From assembly GCA_051362555.1 (NCBI GenBank), contig CM120644.1:5402954-5466953 (forward strand): a DNA stretch of 64,000 nucleotides. The letters run 5' to 3'. The notes below the pieces were generated by a model that was given only the letters and a program-made list of their open reading frames with translations, did no database searches and was not told where the DNA came from. Position numbers and translations under genes: made by a program. Numbering within the stretch: the first letter of the stretch is position 1; each line of letters starts with the position of its first letter. This document shows, in pieces, positions 50,607 through 64,000 of this stretch. The DNA comes from Lingula anatina (Eukaryota; Animalia; Brachiopoda).

Positions 50607-53600
50607 ACATGGCAGTAAGAGTTCGGGAAACAAATAGCGAAGATGCGTGTCTAAATAGCAGTTTATATTCGTATGCATATCATATTTACAATGGACCAGC
50701 ATCAAAGTTTGAATATGGCGAGAGTTGATTCGTGTTGGTGTGGGCTATGTGCATGGTTAGCTCTTATTTTTATTAGCAGAGCAGAAAGTTTATACGTTAT
50801 TAGTTGTATATTGTGGAAAATGTGTACCTGAACACTATTTCAGGCTCAAGGTTTTAGTCCAGTTAAAATACTCACCCAACTTTATACCCTTTAAACAAAA
50901 TCAGTGCACTGATAACTAAGCCATTGTTTTCTACTATCTGAAGGTGCCTGCAAACGAATCTGTATATCGTGTTGGAAAAGCCGTGGCCAAGCTCCAAGAT
51001 CTGATGACGCCAAAAACAGACCCGCCAGTCATGGTACTGCTCCATCTCGGTAGCATCACTGAGACGGATGTGATAGGAGAGATCACGGGGAAACTAAAAA
51101 TGATACAGGTCACTTAAACAAAATGTTAACAGACTTAAAAGCTTCGGTCACAACCGGACGCACGAATTTCAGGATCGTCCTTCCCCTGCGCCCCTGCGAT
51201 TTTTGGGTGTTGCGGAGGCCGTGGAGGTCGTAGAGGTAGAGGAAAGTCTGCCTTGTGAGTCGCAAGGGCTTCATGAGATGTCATTTCAGGCAGGGACGCT
51301 AATTGCAAGGAGCGATGGTCGTGGAAAATGAGCTCATTTCTTGAGTTTGTCTTGCTTCCTGTGTACGTGGCACACACTCACCACTTACGAAGGGAATGCA
51401 ACGCACGGCGACAGTAGTGCCCTTTTGCGTCATTTTTGCTTCACACTTGCCTCACACGTTTGTGGTGACGTATTGGCGGTTTTGCTTCCTGTTTTGCTTC
51501 CTGTTCTTCTCTTCTTTCTTCTCCCTCCTCCATTTTTTCTTCTATGTAAGCTTCTATCTCTTGCCTTTTGGAGGCAAATTAGAAACTAAATTGAGCAAAA
51601 TTTTGAAAATTTTGAAAATTGTTGTACACGTTACACAGTCGACGTTTGTTAAGCCTCTCTTCTGGTCCTCAAATCAAGTTCGGTCCCTTGGTTCTAAACT
51701 GTTTACAAGAAGCTCTGTACTGGTCCTACACCTGTAAATGTCCATCATGACGAGTTTAAACGTGTTCCCCAAACGTGTCCTTGGCTGACTCTATTAAGGT
51801 CTCCAATATTTGAGGTTTAAAACTTTGAGAGGCTACCAAAAAACGTACGTAAACTGAATGTTAGAAAGAAATGCATTTCAATTATTTAAAATTGTATTAT
51901 ATTTGCTATAATATATTCTCATATTTTTTAAAGAACACGAAAGTTTGCTGCGTGACTACCGTTAGGATGCTTAAAACTACTACAATATTATGGCGTTCTC
52001 TGCTTCTTGTTTTCAAGACAGTTACATTCGTGGGTGATTGTGTGCATGTGGGGGGGGGGGGCTACTCATTCACTGTCATGATCGTGCGTTCTTTATTCCG
52101 TTTTATAAGTTAGTATAAGCTCTTATTTTCATATGGACGCGTTTATTCCCGTGAATTTCCTAAATGTCCACTGAACTGTCAAGAACTATAGTGATTCAGA
52201 GCTTAAATCAGAACTTAGTCCCTTACACAGGCACAGTATAATGGACTTTTACTGCATACGTTTTATAAATCTATTAATACTGCAATTTATGTAAAGAGCT
52301 CCCTATGAAAGATAGTCTGGCTACTTTATTCTTTTACGCGTTTTGTTTTCAGAATTTTTTCTTCAATTTTCAGAATTTAGGGTTTAGGTATGGTCATTAT
52401 AAAACTGCCAAATGTAGGCGTTTTGTGCAAGTAGTAGAAATGGATTATATTATTTTCGAATCAGCGGACCTAAAATAAACAATGTTTATTAATAAACGCA
52501 CAATATATTCGTAATTAAAGCCTACTTGCCTGTTTGACTGCATTTAAACTAAGACGCAACTGACCATAATGTGTGTTTGATTGACGGGGCTGGTTTAGAG
52601 ATGTGCTGCATACCTTGTTGGTATTTATACCTAGGCCTTCACAAGCTATATATCCCATATCATTCGGATAATGTTCAAGTGATGTTTTGCTACAGGATGA
52701 CAACTTAGCATCCCAATTGTATTGCTTTAGGAGCGTACAGTGAAGGGAATATCATGAAAACCCAGTGATGGGGGGCATGAAAGGAATAAATAATTACATG
52801 TATAAGTAGTATCCTTGCGACACAAGGTTACTCTGTAATTTATATCTTTCAATTTAAGCTGTGAAATAATAGCCAGCTAGTCCGTTGATCTCGCGAATCA
52901 ACCTATTGACCGTTAGTTGAGTTGCTTAACTGCAAGTAATAAATCCCCTCCCCTCCCCCGAACGTCATACTGGCAGGTTTCCAAATGAAGACTATACCGC
53001 AGAAAAAGTTTGGGGCCCAAAAGAGAGTCAGCCAAGGACACGTTTGGGGAACACGTTTGAACACGTCATGATGGACATTTACCGTTGTAGGACCAGAACA
53101 GTGCCTCTGGTAAACAGTTTAGAACCAAGGGACCGAACTTGATTTGAGGACCAGAAGAGAGGCTTAACAGACGTTCATTGTAAAGTCACGAGCGTGCGTC
53201 ATGAGCACGCTTTCTATACACCAGGCGTGGGGGACGCACGTGCGACGCATTCTCGGTGTGCTCTCGACTTTGTTCGTTAGTTGTTAGGGCGTGAGTCTTA
53301 CTCTACACGCAAAGGGCACTTGCTCCTTCATTGCTTGCAACGTGGGTCTTGCACAACGGGCGTCTCTCATGCTAACTCCGTGCGAGGGGAGCAAGTTACG
53401 CTTGCGGCCTCGCTGTTCGCAGGCTATTCGTAGAATCTTTTGGACATGTCCAACATCCTCCGAACATGCTTACGGACTGTCTGCAAACTCGAAATTGCGT
53501 AAGAAAGCCTTGCGTGGGACGTGAGATTCTGCGCAAATTTTGGACGCAAACAGCCCGTAAGAGCCCGTATGCCGGTTGTGACCGAGGCTTAAACAGAAGA

Positions 53601-56600
53601 TCCAAATCACAGCGTCCCAATTTGTGCGCTCACTTCAAAAAAACGTTTAATCTTTCATATTGATCTGGATGTGGAAGTCGAGTTAGGATTACCCTCTGAT
53701 AACAGGTATGATAGTACAAAATTAAAGCATCAGCGGTACAATGATTTTGTAGCAGACTTCTAGAACGCACCCTGTGGTCAGAGGGAAGGCTTAATGAATG
53801 TTAATGTGAATGAATGTAGGCTTAAGTCAAGTTCCCAGGATAAGAATTTAATTACCAAGGTTATATGGTCACATGGGCATATCTTATCCTCTCAGGAAAA
53901 GTGTTACAGCACTCTCATGGAAATCGTACTCAACTAAGGCAGGGAATTGACTTTTTTTGTGGAAGTGGGGCACGCTCAAATATCTCGTGGAGGGACAACC
54001 GATCCTTATATAGATACATGTATATTGCAGATTTCGACCGGTAGCCCGTCTTCCACACTATCCCAAAGACTCGTATTCCCATACTTGTACCGGACAATCG
54101 GCTCATTGCTAGACGTTATAAACATAGAAGTGGATTTTGTCAAGCGCTTTGGTTGGACCCGCGTGGCATTGCTTGCGGAGGACAAGAGGCCGTTTACAGA
54201 GGTAAAGTGGACACTGACATTTCCAGTGGACTGACAGCATAATATTTCTTTGCCTTTGAAGGAATTCTAGTATTATTATCTGCCTGTGTGTCACGCATGA
54301 AATGTAAAATTAGTCTCATGTAACGGATGTGATTAATAAGTAAAACGAATTTTGCATTTTGGCGGCTTAATTGTTGTGTGTCTGCATGCAAAACCTATGC
54401 TTTCGTTTGAAGAAATATTGGACTTTTTCAAGAACAACTGTGTTTGCTTTTTCTTTTCCGAGTAGATGTCGAAAGAAGTTGAAATTCTCCTAAGACAGTC
54501 GGGCATAGAAATTGTCACTTCTGTATTCTACAGAATAGAGCAGCTAGGCCAATTGATGGAAAAACTGAAGGTGAGACTTTAATCATAAATGAATGGGTTT
54601 AAACTACAATACGAATTCTTTGGTTTAAAACTAAGCCAAATAGAGCTACCCAAGATATAATGGGAGAGATGCATCAGTCCTTGTGTTCAATGGTGTCTTT
54701 CTCCTATATTCGACCTACTTGATACACATTCAATAGCCTTCATATAAAATTAGCCAGTTTTTTTCTGTCATTCTAGGAACTGGACGCAAGGGTAATCATG
54801 CATCACGCTAACGGAGAAGGCTCATCGCTTTGTCATGTGTTTTGTCAGGTAAGGTTAAAATGACAGCGCACAGCTTGCGTGTTTTGGGCTGAACCAACGA
54901 GCCGCCAAATTACAAATATTCCGGTAGTTTTATAAACACAGTCTGCCGGCTTACGAACAGATAGTAGTCCTACTGGGACTTAGGTTCCTGGCTCATAATT
55001 ATAGTAGGTAGGAGTTGTATAAGTGGATGACTTTTATTCCTGTTACGGTTAAATGATACAGTTATAAATGTATATGAAAATCCTTCTGGTGAGCCATATA
55101 TATAAGACAAAAATGGAGAGTTGCAACTTCAGCTCGTCTTTGTAGTAGTAAGTATTCATGAATCGCCTGTTACATACTTGGGTTCGAGACCTACCTTTGA
55201 CATGACCATAACATGTTGTAGCTAACTCTATATTGGTGTTTTTAATGTATAGTATTCTAAATTCTGTGATTATTACACTTACAATTAGTTATTTTTGTTT
55301 TGTTTTTTTAAGACTCAAAGCGCCAAAATACCAAAGGAATATTACAGACCATTATATATAATTTCAAATTCTAAACTGTCTTGATTTGTCTTAAATCCTC
55401 TATCCAAGGGCAAATTTCCATTGAGTTAGGGGTTATCTTTCAATTTCTGCGAGTGTAAACCGAAAAACTAATCTAAGAACAGAGATCCCTTGTTTTGTGT
55501 AAAGTGATTTCCCCTCATTTGAAGGCCTAAGAAGGTCAATGACACATGTAAAAATATGCGTTTACTACAAGAAAAATACACAGAATGAAATAAATGAAGA
55601 AAAACTATAGGAACCGTGTTGTTTGCGTTACATAAGATAAGATAAGAGTTTATTCAGCCATTAATATATAAATATATTTCTGTTTTTGTTTCTGATCTGT
55701 TAGTATAGATGGCACCTAGAGAGGGGAATTCCAGACCGATGATATATGGATATCAACTGCCTATCGGAAAAAATCATCGTAAAATATTAAAATTAAATGA
55801 AATAAAGGGAACCTTTATTATATCTTTAAATCTAGTATATCTCCATATCTATTTATTCATGTCATTTCTCGATGTAAACAATATTATAGCGTTCATAAAA
55901 TCTTAGGAACGCACGTCCCATTAGGACGTGCATTACTACACGTGCATTACTTGCGTTATTTGGGAGCCTTCGACCCACGGATATTGTATCTTAGTAACGT
56001 ATGTCCTAGAACTTCCGTCCCTAAAAATGCATGCCCTAGGACTTGCATTCCCAGGATTTTGTGTCCGGTCGGACTTGCGTTACCAGGACGTGCACTAATG
56101 CCACACCTGTCTTACAAGAATGGTAGTCCTAGGAATGGAAGTCCGGTCTCCAATATGAGTACTACAGGTTTGGGTTGGTTGGAGTCTTGGGATTAGTACA
56201 TGTTTATGGGACGAATGCCACTTGTACATTTATTAATTGGAAATGGGCTATAGTTCCTAGCGGACTTCCCGTCACTTCGGTAGCTAGACAGTGACAATCC
56301 AATCCAAAGTGTAACTGGCTACGCTTACACGCTACACTTCTTGGGTCTGATAATGCTATAAAAGTGCCATTGAAGTTAGTTTTTGGCACTTTCCAGTCGT
56401 ACTTACATTTTCTGCTTTTATTTGCTGTTGCTGATTTCTATATCTTAATCAAGACAATGACGGAGACTGACTGGAGCAGACCAAAAAATTGACCCTCTTG
56501 TGTCTCCTCTAATAGATTGGTTCTGTGATTCTGAAAAGGTGTCGTGCTTAACCCTTGGAAAAATGAAAGGATTTGATAAAGTTGTGTTTTTATAAAGGGG

Positions 56601-59600
56601 AGATAGAGTGATACATGTACCGTATAACAGTGTCTGAATACGGCAGCTCTATATCCAACACAATATTCACATACTTTTTAAAAACGACATAGAACATATA
56701 TTTGGCATAGTTTGTGGTTTGTTTATCTTTTTTTTCAAACAGGCATACAAATATGGCTTGATTGGAAAGAAATATGTCTGGCTGACTTTGATGCAAAACG
56801 TTAAAGATTACCGCAAATTTGCATCCAATATGCATCAAAAAGGGCAACTCTCTTGCAACGCGGAGCAGGTTGTCAAAGCGGCAGAAGGACAGTTCATTAT
56901 ATTCCGTGCTGACACAAAAGATGCTAGCGAAGTTGGATATGAACCACAGCGGTCATTTACAGTAAAGGTACCTGTATACCTGTACGCTCACGCACGTGGA
57001 CACACACACAACGGTCATGCAAACACACTCGTGAACATGCACATACAGGGTACATATCGTGCAGGCATTTCAGGTCATTATATCAACAATTCATAGTCTC
57101 TTTAAGATGGAAAGCTTGTGAACTTAAAGAGTAGCTACTTCTGTCCATAAGCGACGTTGTTGATATGTGTATATACACGGGCACATTTTTTAGGATCATG
57201 CGGAAATTTTGAGGGAAATGAAAAAACAAGCTTGGTACAATGACGACACCAGAAGAATGCTTTATCAGTTGAATTATGATGCCATATGGGCGGCTGCATT
57301 GGCCTTAAACAAGAGTCTGCCTCGTCTTCCGCCAAGAGCGATCACCTACTTCAGGTACACCGATCTGGGCATGGTGACGGACGCTCTGATGCCGGAAATG
57401 AACCGCACCGACTTCTTCGGTGCGTCGGTAAGTATTTCAAGGTTTGTCAGATGTCTTATAATGTAGGGGAAGAGTTAGTTGACAAAATTCACTGAAATGG
57501 GGCTTTGTTTTGTGTTTTCGCTATTATTGTCTGTAAAAAAACAGTAGGCAAGTCATAGCTCTTAATGTATTTTCACACTTCCAGAGAGACATATTTGATG
57601 TGAAATCATTGCTTACTTCTATTGTACTATTTTGTAAGTTGTTGGTGAGGTAAAAGTCAAAATGGTTTTCTATGATTTTCACTTGTAGGGCACTGAGAAG
57701 GGACATTGCCTGAGTTTGTCTCGGATCGAAAGTAATACTTTCATGGGAGATATAGGAGTAACTTGTAAGCTGCACTGCACACGTGCTCAACCTATTCCCC
57801 CCTTAACACAAACCCGTCATTGATTTTGTAAAATCATCATGAAATTGTTTTCTCTTTCAAGGGTCCTGTGTCTTTCTCACCGCATGGAAGTCGAATGAGC
57901 TGGCTGGCTATGGAGCAAATAAGAAGTGGGTTTCTAGCACGCATCCAGATGTAATGTAATAAAGCCACACACAACCACCTCCTCCCCGACTGCCACCGGT
58001 CAAACAAACACTCATAATGATAATAATAATAATAATAATAATTATAATAAATTTTCAATTGCTTAAAAATTAAGCAGACGAGCTACACAATACCGAAACA
58101 TTCAACAACCGTGGAGAAATTGTTTCAAACCTAAATTGCAATTCAGTTGCTTTAGTGTGTGCCTGTGTTTGTGTGTGTGTGCGTTGTCTCGAGTGTATGA
58201 GTGTGATAAATAAGAGGTGCATGCATGCATCCAGTTCTTTAGCTATGTCCCCTACATATAAAGTAATTTATATCCTGGAATCAATGATAAATTGGTATCC
58301 TATTTCTGATTTCAGACGGTACAGCTATATTGTTTGGTATTTATGACCAGAAATCCCGGAAAATCACTTTGTCGAAGAAGATTAATGACCTGTGGTATTC
58401 TCATGGTGCGTTCTGCGGTTGTTCTAAATATTCAGTGCACTGATCACCAAACACTAAAATTCATTCAACAATATTTTATTGTCTGAACCCAAGCAGTATG
58501 TCGACTTCATAGATCTATGTGCACTGATCACCCAACTTAAATTGAAATTCATTTACCAATATTTTATTGTCTGAACCAAAGCAGTATGGCTTCTTAGATC
58601 TATCTTCTCATATTTTCGCCTCCGTTTATTTATTTGCGTCTGACTTTAATAAATATAATAGGGAAAACTTTCAGGTTCGGCAAGAAAAATTACATAAACA
58701 GGGACATTTTTTGTTTCAGCTTAAATATAAACTCCCCTGCTAATGCACAGGATCCATGTTGGGATTGGCTTTCATGTCCATGTAGCTTCGGCATGGGCTT
58801 TATTTATTAATTTATTTATTTGGAGGGTGGTGGGTCGTCCAAGTGGACTAGCTGTTTTGAACATTGTAAATAGTTCTAAGTGTAAAATCGCCCGATGCCT
58901 TCTGAGCAGCTGTGTAAGGCATACTTTTTTCTCTCTATAGGTGGCTCCATACCTCAATCTGGTTACAGGACGATCCGAAAAGTACTGGTTGTCACAGATG
59001 AACTAAAAATAACCTTTACTGTGATCGCTGTGATATCAATTGTTATCACTGTTGTGTTCCTTTTAGTAACGATCGTCAAATGGAAGACGCAGTACGTATT
59101 GGAACCGGCGTTGGCAGGAATGCGTACACAAAACTGTCATTAAGTGTGTAAATTTAATCAATCACATATCAATATCTGAAATGGTTAGAACAAGCGATCC
59201 ATTTCAAGAATTTTTGTTTACATGGGAAGTTTTATTGCACTAATTGTCATTCATATGTTTTTTGACTGCAGGTGCACCGGTGTGACAGGAATGGTAGTAC
59301 GTTTCCCATTACTTTGTACAGATGACGTTCGTCCAATATTCTAGCTCCAATACTACGATTTACCCTAACATGTACTAACCATATGGGGCCCTATAGACTG
59401 GACTTTCATTCCTTGGACTACCATTCCTGTCAGAACGACACACACGTTCACAAGTAACACAATACAATTTAATATTTAGGTTAATTCAAAACTCATGGCC
59501 ACTGATGAACAGTGTCATTGCACTGGGATGCATCTTCCTGGCTGTCAGTGTCATTCTTCAAGGTGAGCAGCCGTGCAAGTCGATTTCAATGTATCTTTTT

Positions 59601-62600
59601 ATGTGCAGACACATATCTTGCCGTCTCTAAACATATAGCCGTCACCTGCGTCTGTCGTGGCCGTGAAAGGAAAATCATGTCACTTACTTTTCTTTAACTT
59701 ACGGAAAAGTAACATATGACAAAAATACAGCTTCATTTGGTAGACCTGTTTTATTGGTTATCTTATCTGGAAATTATATTGTTTGTCAAAATTAAAACTT
59801 TCACTTATCGACATTTTAAAGGTGTGACTTTGAACTTCCATTGGCTTGAAGACCTTTGCTATCACATTTTCTGAATATCCATGAAACTTTCATTTTATTA
59901 TTAAAAAGTTATGGTCATTAGCTTGTTAAGCATTAGGTAATATTGTATAAAAATTAAATTCTTCTATGCTGTAGTTGCCGACATATGGATACTTTTTTGA
60001 CAGAACCATGCTTTGCCAAAGCCAAGCTTTGACCTGCCCAAAGGAGCACTACCCAATTAAATCACTGCATATAACATAATGCTGCAGGTATTCAGTTAAT
60101 TAGTAGCGACACACCTGACTACACACTTCTCCATTTACATATCTTATATGAGAGTATATAGGAGTTTTTTGAAAAAAGAACACATTTTACCTAGGCATAC
60201 CTTCAAAACTGAAATATTCCATATTAAATGTCAAGTCTGTATATATATATATTTCAAACACTGGCATCTTCAAAATGTGACTATTAACTCCCATCCACCA
60301 GAAGCTCTGTGCATTTCTGTATGTCCACATAGGCAATTGTATTAGTTTTTATGTCTTTAAACGTGATGTAATGTTATTTTATGCACTGTCAATATCTTTC
60401 ACATATTGGGATTTTCATTATGTGAATTTGAACTCTCATGGTCCTGAAACTGTAATCTTATTGATTATGTTATCTGTTATTCAGGATTAAATTTTAGTGT
60501 TGATTGACTGTGCTGTTATAAGTATCATATATTAGTGTATCAAAATTGACCATATGACCTATTTTCTGCATCTTAATTTTCTGCTTTTCGTCTGTACATT
60601 TGCGGCCTTGTTTAAAAGAAACTTCTGTGCGGGCTGTGAATTTTAGTAACCTCTTTTTAATCTGTGCTGGTGACTTCTACCTTGTTGCATTAAAAAATTA
60701 TCACATTTGTTTTAGGCACCATTCATAGTCCGATGGCGACCCACTACAAAGCTTGTCATCTAATCCGCTAACATACACTGAATATATATTTTCAAGTGGG
60801 TCGGCCAAATTTAACCCTCGGAGTAGTTAGTCCCCTATTCTGAATGGGGCCTTAGTTGCATTATACGTACTATACATAAGCCCACATTCCAAAACCAGAT
60901 TATTTGTTCCAGGCAGTGCAGCAGAGTTGTCATCGATTAGTAATGTACCATGTAATGCCTTTGTCTGGATGTTTGTGACTGGGTTTACACTGTCGTTCGG
61001 TACCATGCTGCTGAAGATGTGGGGAGTGTGTCGCCATTTTCGTTATCAGCAGGATTGGGTGAGCTTTTATTAATGTAATTTTTGGCTTTCAGTAAAACGC
61101 AGCGTTTTATTTACATCTTGCATACTGTCACATCTGTTGAATTGTCGCAAACATGATATTGTTGTATTCAGCACACTGCATGTGGGACACAATGCGATCG
61201 TTATTAATTAAGAAATTAACTTAGACTTGTAGTGGTCAGCTTTTTATTCTGTCTTACATGAGCTGTACAGTGTGCATCCACTTAAATCTCACGAACAGCA
61301 GACTGTCACGGAAGTGAAATCTAAAATAATCACATAGAAAGGATCCCAGGCAAATACAATGATTAACCCAAGCAGGCACATTCACTATCAACGAAGCAAG
61401 TTACATTAGATGTTTTAATTACAGCTGCAGTGCCCGTGCTATTTCCCGCATATACCACTCACATATACCAACGTACATACCACACATACATGTATCTACG
61501 CACAGTGTATGTTGTTCATCTTTAATGTGGCAGTCCATAATGTTACGATTGGAGTTGTTCTTTTCGGATTTTTATATACAATAGATATTTTCCAGGGTCT
61601 GCAAGGAGAACTTCGCATGCTGTCTGGAGTTGCCGTACTGTTGGTTATTGATATTTTGATGCTGCTTATCTGGCAGTTGACTGACCCACTCGTGGTGGAA
61701 GATAGGCTTTTACCCGAAATTGTAAGTTGACCAATACTGGTGGTCGCCACGGTGTATATGTAATATTGCTTTTTGACTTAACTACTTATCAAGTTGGTAA
61801 TTGGTCTTTTTTCCAAAGTCACATTGCTTTAATACTTTTTTGATCTTGTACCAAAGGTGGCACATGTTCGACCAGTACATCAGCTCAGCTGCTGTTTCAA
61901 AGTATGGCTTGGATATAATATGTCTCCTGTTCCTTCTTTAAATTAGAGAGATGGTGCCAAGATGGTGCGGTATCAGACCTTCTATCGCCAATGTCACAGC
62001 GGGAGTGCTATGGGCTGGACCATTGCGTTTATCGTGTACAAAGGTCTGCTGTTGCTGGGCTCTGTTTGCTTGGCCTGGCCTACCTGGTACGTGAACCAAT
62101 ATGTACATGTACACCGTAACATCCAACACACTATCTGTCGCATCCAGAACACTTCCAAATCTTCGAATCACGTCAGACACAACATGGAAACAAATTATTG
62201 ACATAATGTTTGAAGTTTATTTTCAGACCTTTTAACTGTATCCCGTGTAGGGTCTATGATCTCTACCTTCGTCATAGTTCCACTTATATTATTATTCTGC
62301 TACACTGCATTTCATTTAACGTAATATTCGCATTAGTTTCTTTTTTTTCTAGGGCAATGTCGGTGAAGAGAGATGCTGGAGACAGCAGTCAGGTTGGCTT
62401 AGCTATGGTTATCATTACCTTGGCGACTGTTGTCGGAGTTCCAGTAGGTGTCCTCGTACAAGAAGAGCCCAGTGTCAACTTTGGCGTCATAGCTGGCTTC
62501 ACGCTCTTCGCTATCATAGCTACGGTTTTGTTGCTTTTGATTCCCAAGGTCAGACTCTATTTTAAAATGGCACTTTTATTTGACTGTTTGATTGCAGCAA

Positions 62601-63002
62601 AAAATTTAATTCAGCGAAGGATTTATTTTTTTGCCATGAAAGAAAGATACAAATACTGAGGATGGGCCCCACGTGAGTTGACGTACACTATAAAAATTTT
62701 ATATACTTTTGAAAATTATTTCATGCTTTTGTATGGAAATTCTGAAAATTTCGGCGGTTTGTTTGTCTAATAAATTTAATTCAGAAAGAATGGAACCAAA
62801 GAATCACTTGAAGCGTTCAACCAATCAAAAGCCAAATTTTTTTGTAATGGCGTAGCCTTTGAATCAAGGTGATTTGTTTCTCCAAATATGCCTATGGTTT
62901 TTACAGCTCATGGAACTCAAGAGGGGGGAGATGGAACCGTCACTTTGGTCGCCATTGCGGCTCTACGTCGCGGAGTTCTTCAATGACGCAGGTGATAAGT
63001 AG
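47534..63002 (+). CDS. Divergent GABA-B receptor-like class C GPCR (Venus flytrap and 7TM), 756 aa
   Basis: 16 phase-compatible exons: 47534-47740, 50944-51108, 54031-54201, 54466-54570, 54777-54848, 56743-56967, 57194-57427, 57862-57925, 58316-58405, 58941-59091, 59480-59562, 60913-61058, 61596-61721, 61947-62086, 62353-62548, 62907-63002 (2271 nt, no internal stop). Signal peptide. Flytrap motifs LALNDINN, FPYLYRT, FGWTRVA, VFCQAYKYGLIGKKYVW, YDAIWAAALALN, FFGASGPVSF. 7TM motifs NSWPLMNSVIALGC, GFTLSFGTMLLKMW, WQLTDPL, YKGLLLL, LIPK. No cysteine-rich domain, as in GABA-B. Confidence 0.92.
47937..49326 (+). mobile_element. Tc1 transposon with both TIRs and a degenerate transposase, in a GPCR intron
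   Basis: Perfect 29-nt TIRs CACACACTGGACAATAGAAGTGTCACCCC, TA TSD on both sides. Transposase remains at about 48119-49151: FSDE, MVWGCIS, HQDDNAPCH, WPAQSPDANIIENVW, RSRGYATKY, with stops and frameshifts. Confidence 0.95.
49706..49815. repeat. Minisatellite (TAGGCTTGTTTAC..CACTATA)n
   Basis: About 5 units visible. Confidence 0.8.
49890..50056 (+). mobile_element. PIF/Harbinger-like MITE, family B, copy 2
   Basis: TAGTCCGAGGGTCAAATATG...TCGGACTAGTTAGTCCCCTACTCTGAATGGGGCC. Confidence 0.75.
51140..53589. mobile_element. PIF/Harbinger-like non-autonomous element carrying a nested insertion
   Basis: TIRs AGCTTCGGTCACAACCGG / CCGGTTGTGACCGAGGCT with TAA-like flanks; GC- and CpG-rich arms. Confidence 0.7.
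51637..53180. mobile_element. Nested element with about 150-nt inverted repeats (pogo/Tc-mariner-like, non-autonomous)
   Basis: 51642-51792 is the near-perfect reverse complement of 53024-53174. The outer ends resemble CAGTCGA../..TTCATTG-TA termini; AT-rich 1.2-kb interior. Confidence 0.65.
55903..56150. repeat. Degenerate TAGGACGTGCAT/GTCCTAG motif array (MITE-like)
   Basis: Repeated AGGACGTGCA/GGACTTGC motifs. Confidence 0.5.
58435..58602 (+). repeat. About 84-nt tandem duplication in a GPCR intron
   Basis: GTGCACTGATCACC...AATATTTTATTGTCTGAACC..AAGCAGTATG..AGATCTAT occurs twice. Confidence 0.85.
60715..60851 (-). mobile_element. PIF/Harbinger-like MITE, family B, copy 3 (inverted)
   Basis: TTA TSD on both sides; GGCACCATTCA...TAGTCCCCTATTCTGAATGGGGCC. 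Confidence 0.8.
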
Positions 63003-63626
63003 CCTTCTCGTGCCACTGAGAACGGAGATGCTAATGCAAGTAACGACAACCAAGGCGATGGAAGAACAGCTCATATCTAGGTTGTTTAAACATTGTGGCT
63101 TATGGCTGCGCTACAAGTGCCGTCACGGTTTTTGTTGTTAACTCAGTGAATGGACATTTTTTTCAAGCCTCATTCCACCGTGGATGACTTTATATGATAG
63201 GCCGTTTTACATATTTGTTAAGGATATTACAAATGGTTACATTTGTCCATTCATATCTTACATATTCAATAGCAATTGTACGGGTGACTTTGATTTGTCG
63301 CATACAAACCATGCTGCATGCAAACACTTAGATCTAGATTACTGATATACATATTTGGATATTGAAATATATCACTATTAAAACTTATTTTTTAAAAGAT
63401 ATGATGGTTTAGAGTTTTATACACAGCTGTTGCAAAGTTCAATATCATCTCTAGAGCTTGGCGGTAGAAAAAAATCATACCAGTTTCTAATATCACCGAG
63501 GGAACACGTGTGCTGTTCCAACCTGAAAAGATCCTGAGTTTTATAATAAAGGGTATTTATCGAAATATATAATTTTTTTGAATCTTTATGAGTGATCGTC
63601 AACATTATGTTATATCGCGTCACAAA

Positions 63627-63658
<32 letters not shown>

Positions 63659-64000
63659 AAAAAAAAACATCAACCTCAGCAATTGTTAAAATCATTTTGT
63701 ATGTTACCAAGTTGCAACAATAGACTACTTTACTGATCCAAATTAGTCTGGATGATTGGCGCTATATATTGTCCAAACGTACACACCCTTGAAAATGATC
63801 AGCATAGTCCAAGTAACATATCTGTCAAGTTGCATGCTTTTTCCACATTATGAGCAATGTTAATAATAAGTGAAACTTCTATACCAGACTTTGTGTTTTT
63901 ATTGCTTTGGCCTAAGGTCAGCAAGAAAAATATTATAGACTTCAAATATATCAAATGAATATAATTCAAATTTGTTTCAGGTGTGTAGTCTAAGGACATC

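Noticed and set aside
62869-63141. ORF-track peptide as the GPCR C-terminus
   Set aside because: The phase-0 splice at 62907 uses a different frame that stops at 63002.

Overview
AT-rich, intron-rich animal DNA that looks like an invertebrate (probably lophotrochozoan); the taxon cannot be fixed from the sequence. Three spliced protein-coding genes lie on the + strand, all assembled by hand from GT-AG sites and frame continuity. (1) The 3' part of a PTPN4/PTPN3 (PTP-MEG)-type tyrosine phosphatase: PDZ and PTP domains in 12 exons, 17504-25425. I found no FERM exons in the window, but a CpG-rich candidate alternative first exon at 12303-12557 would give an MGC plus polybasic lipid-anchor N-terminus. 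(2) A small secreted protein of about 170 aa with three EGF modules, two of them atypical (38558-43053). (3) A complete, highly divergent GABA-B-receptor-like class C GPCR of 756 aa in 16 coding exons (47534-63002) with no C-terminal coiled coil. A diverged second copy of the GPCR promoter and first exon sits 15 kb upstream, next to a dead EGF exon and ahead of the EGF gene, suggesting a co-duplicated EGF/receptor module. The rest is Tc1, Kolobok-like, Harbinger-like, hAT-like and pogo-like DNA elements, LINE relics, and micro/minisatellites. No RNA genes or CRISPR arrays were seen.
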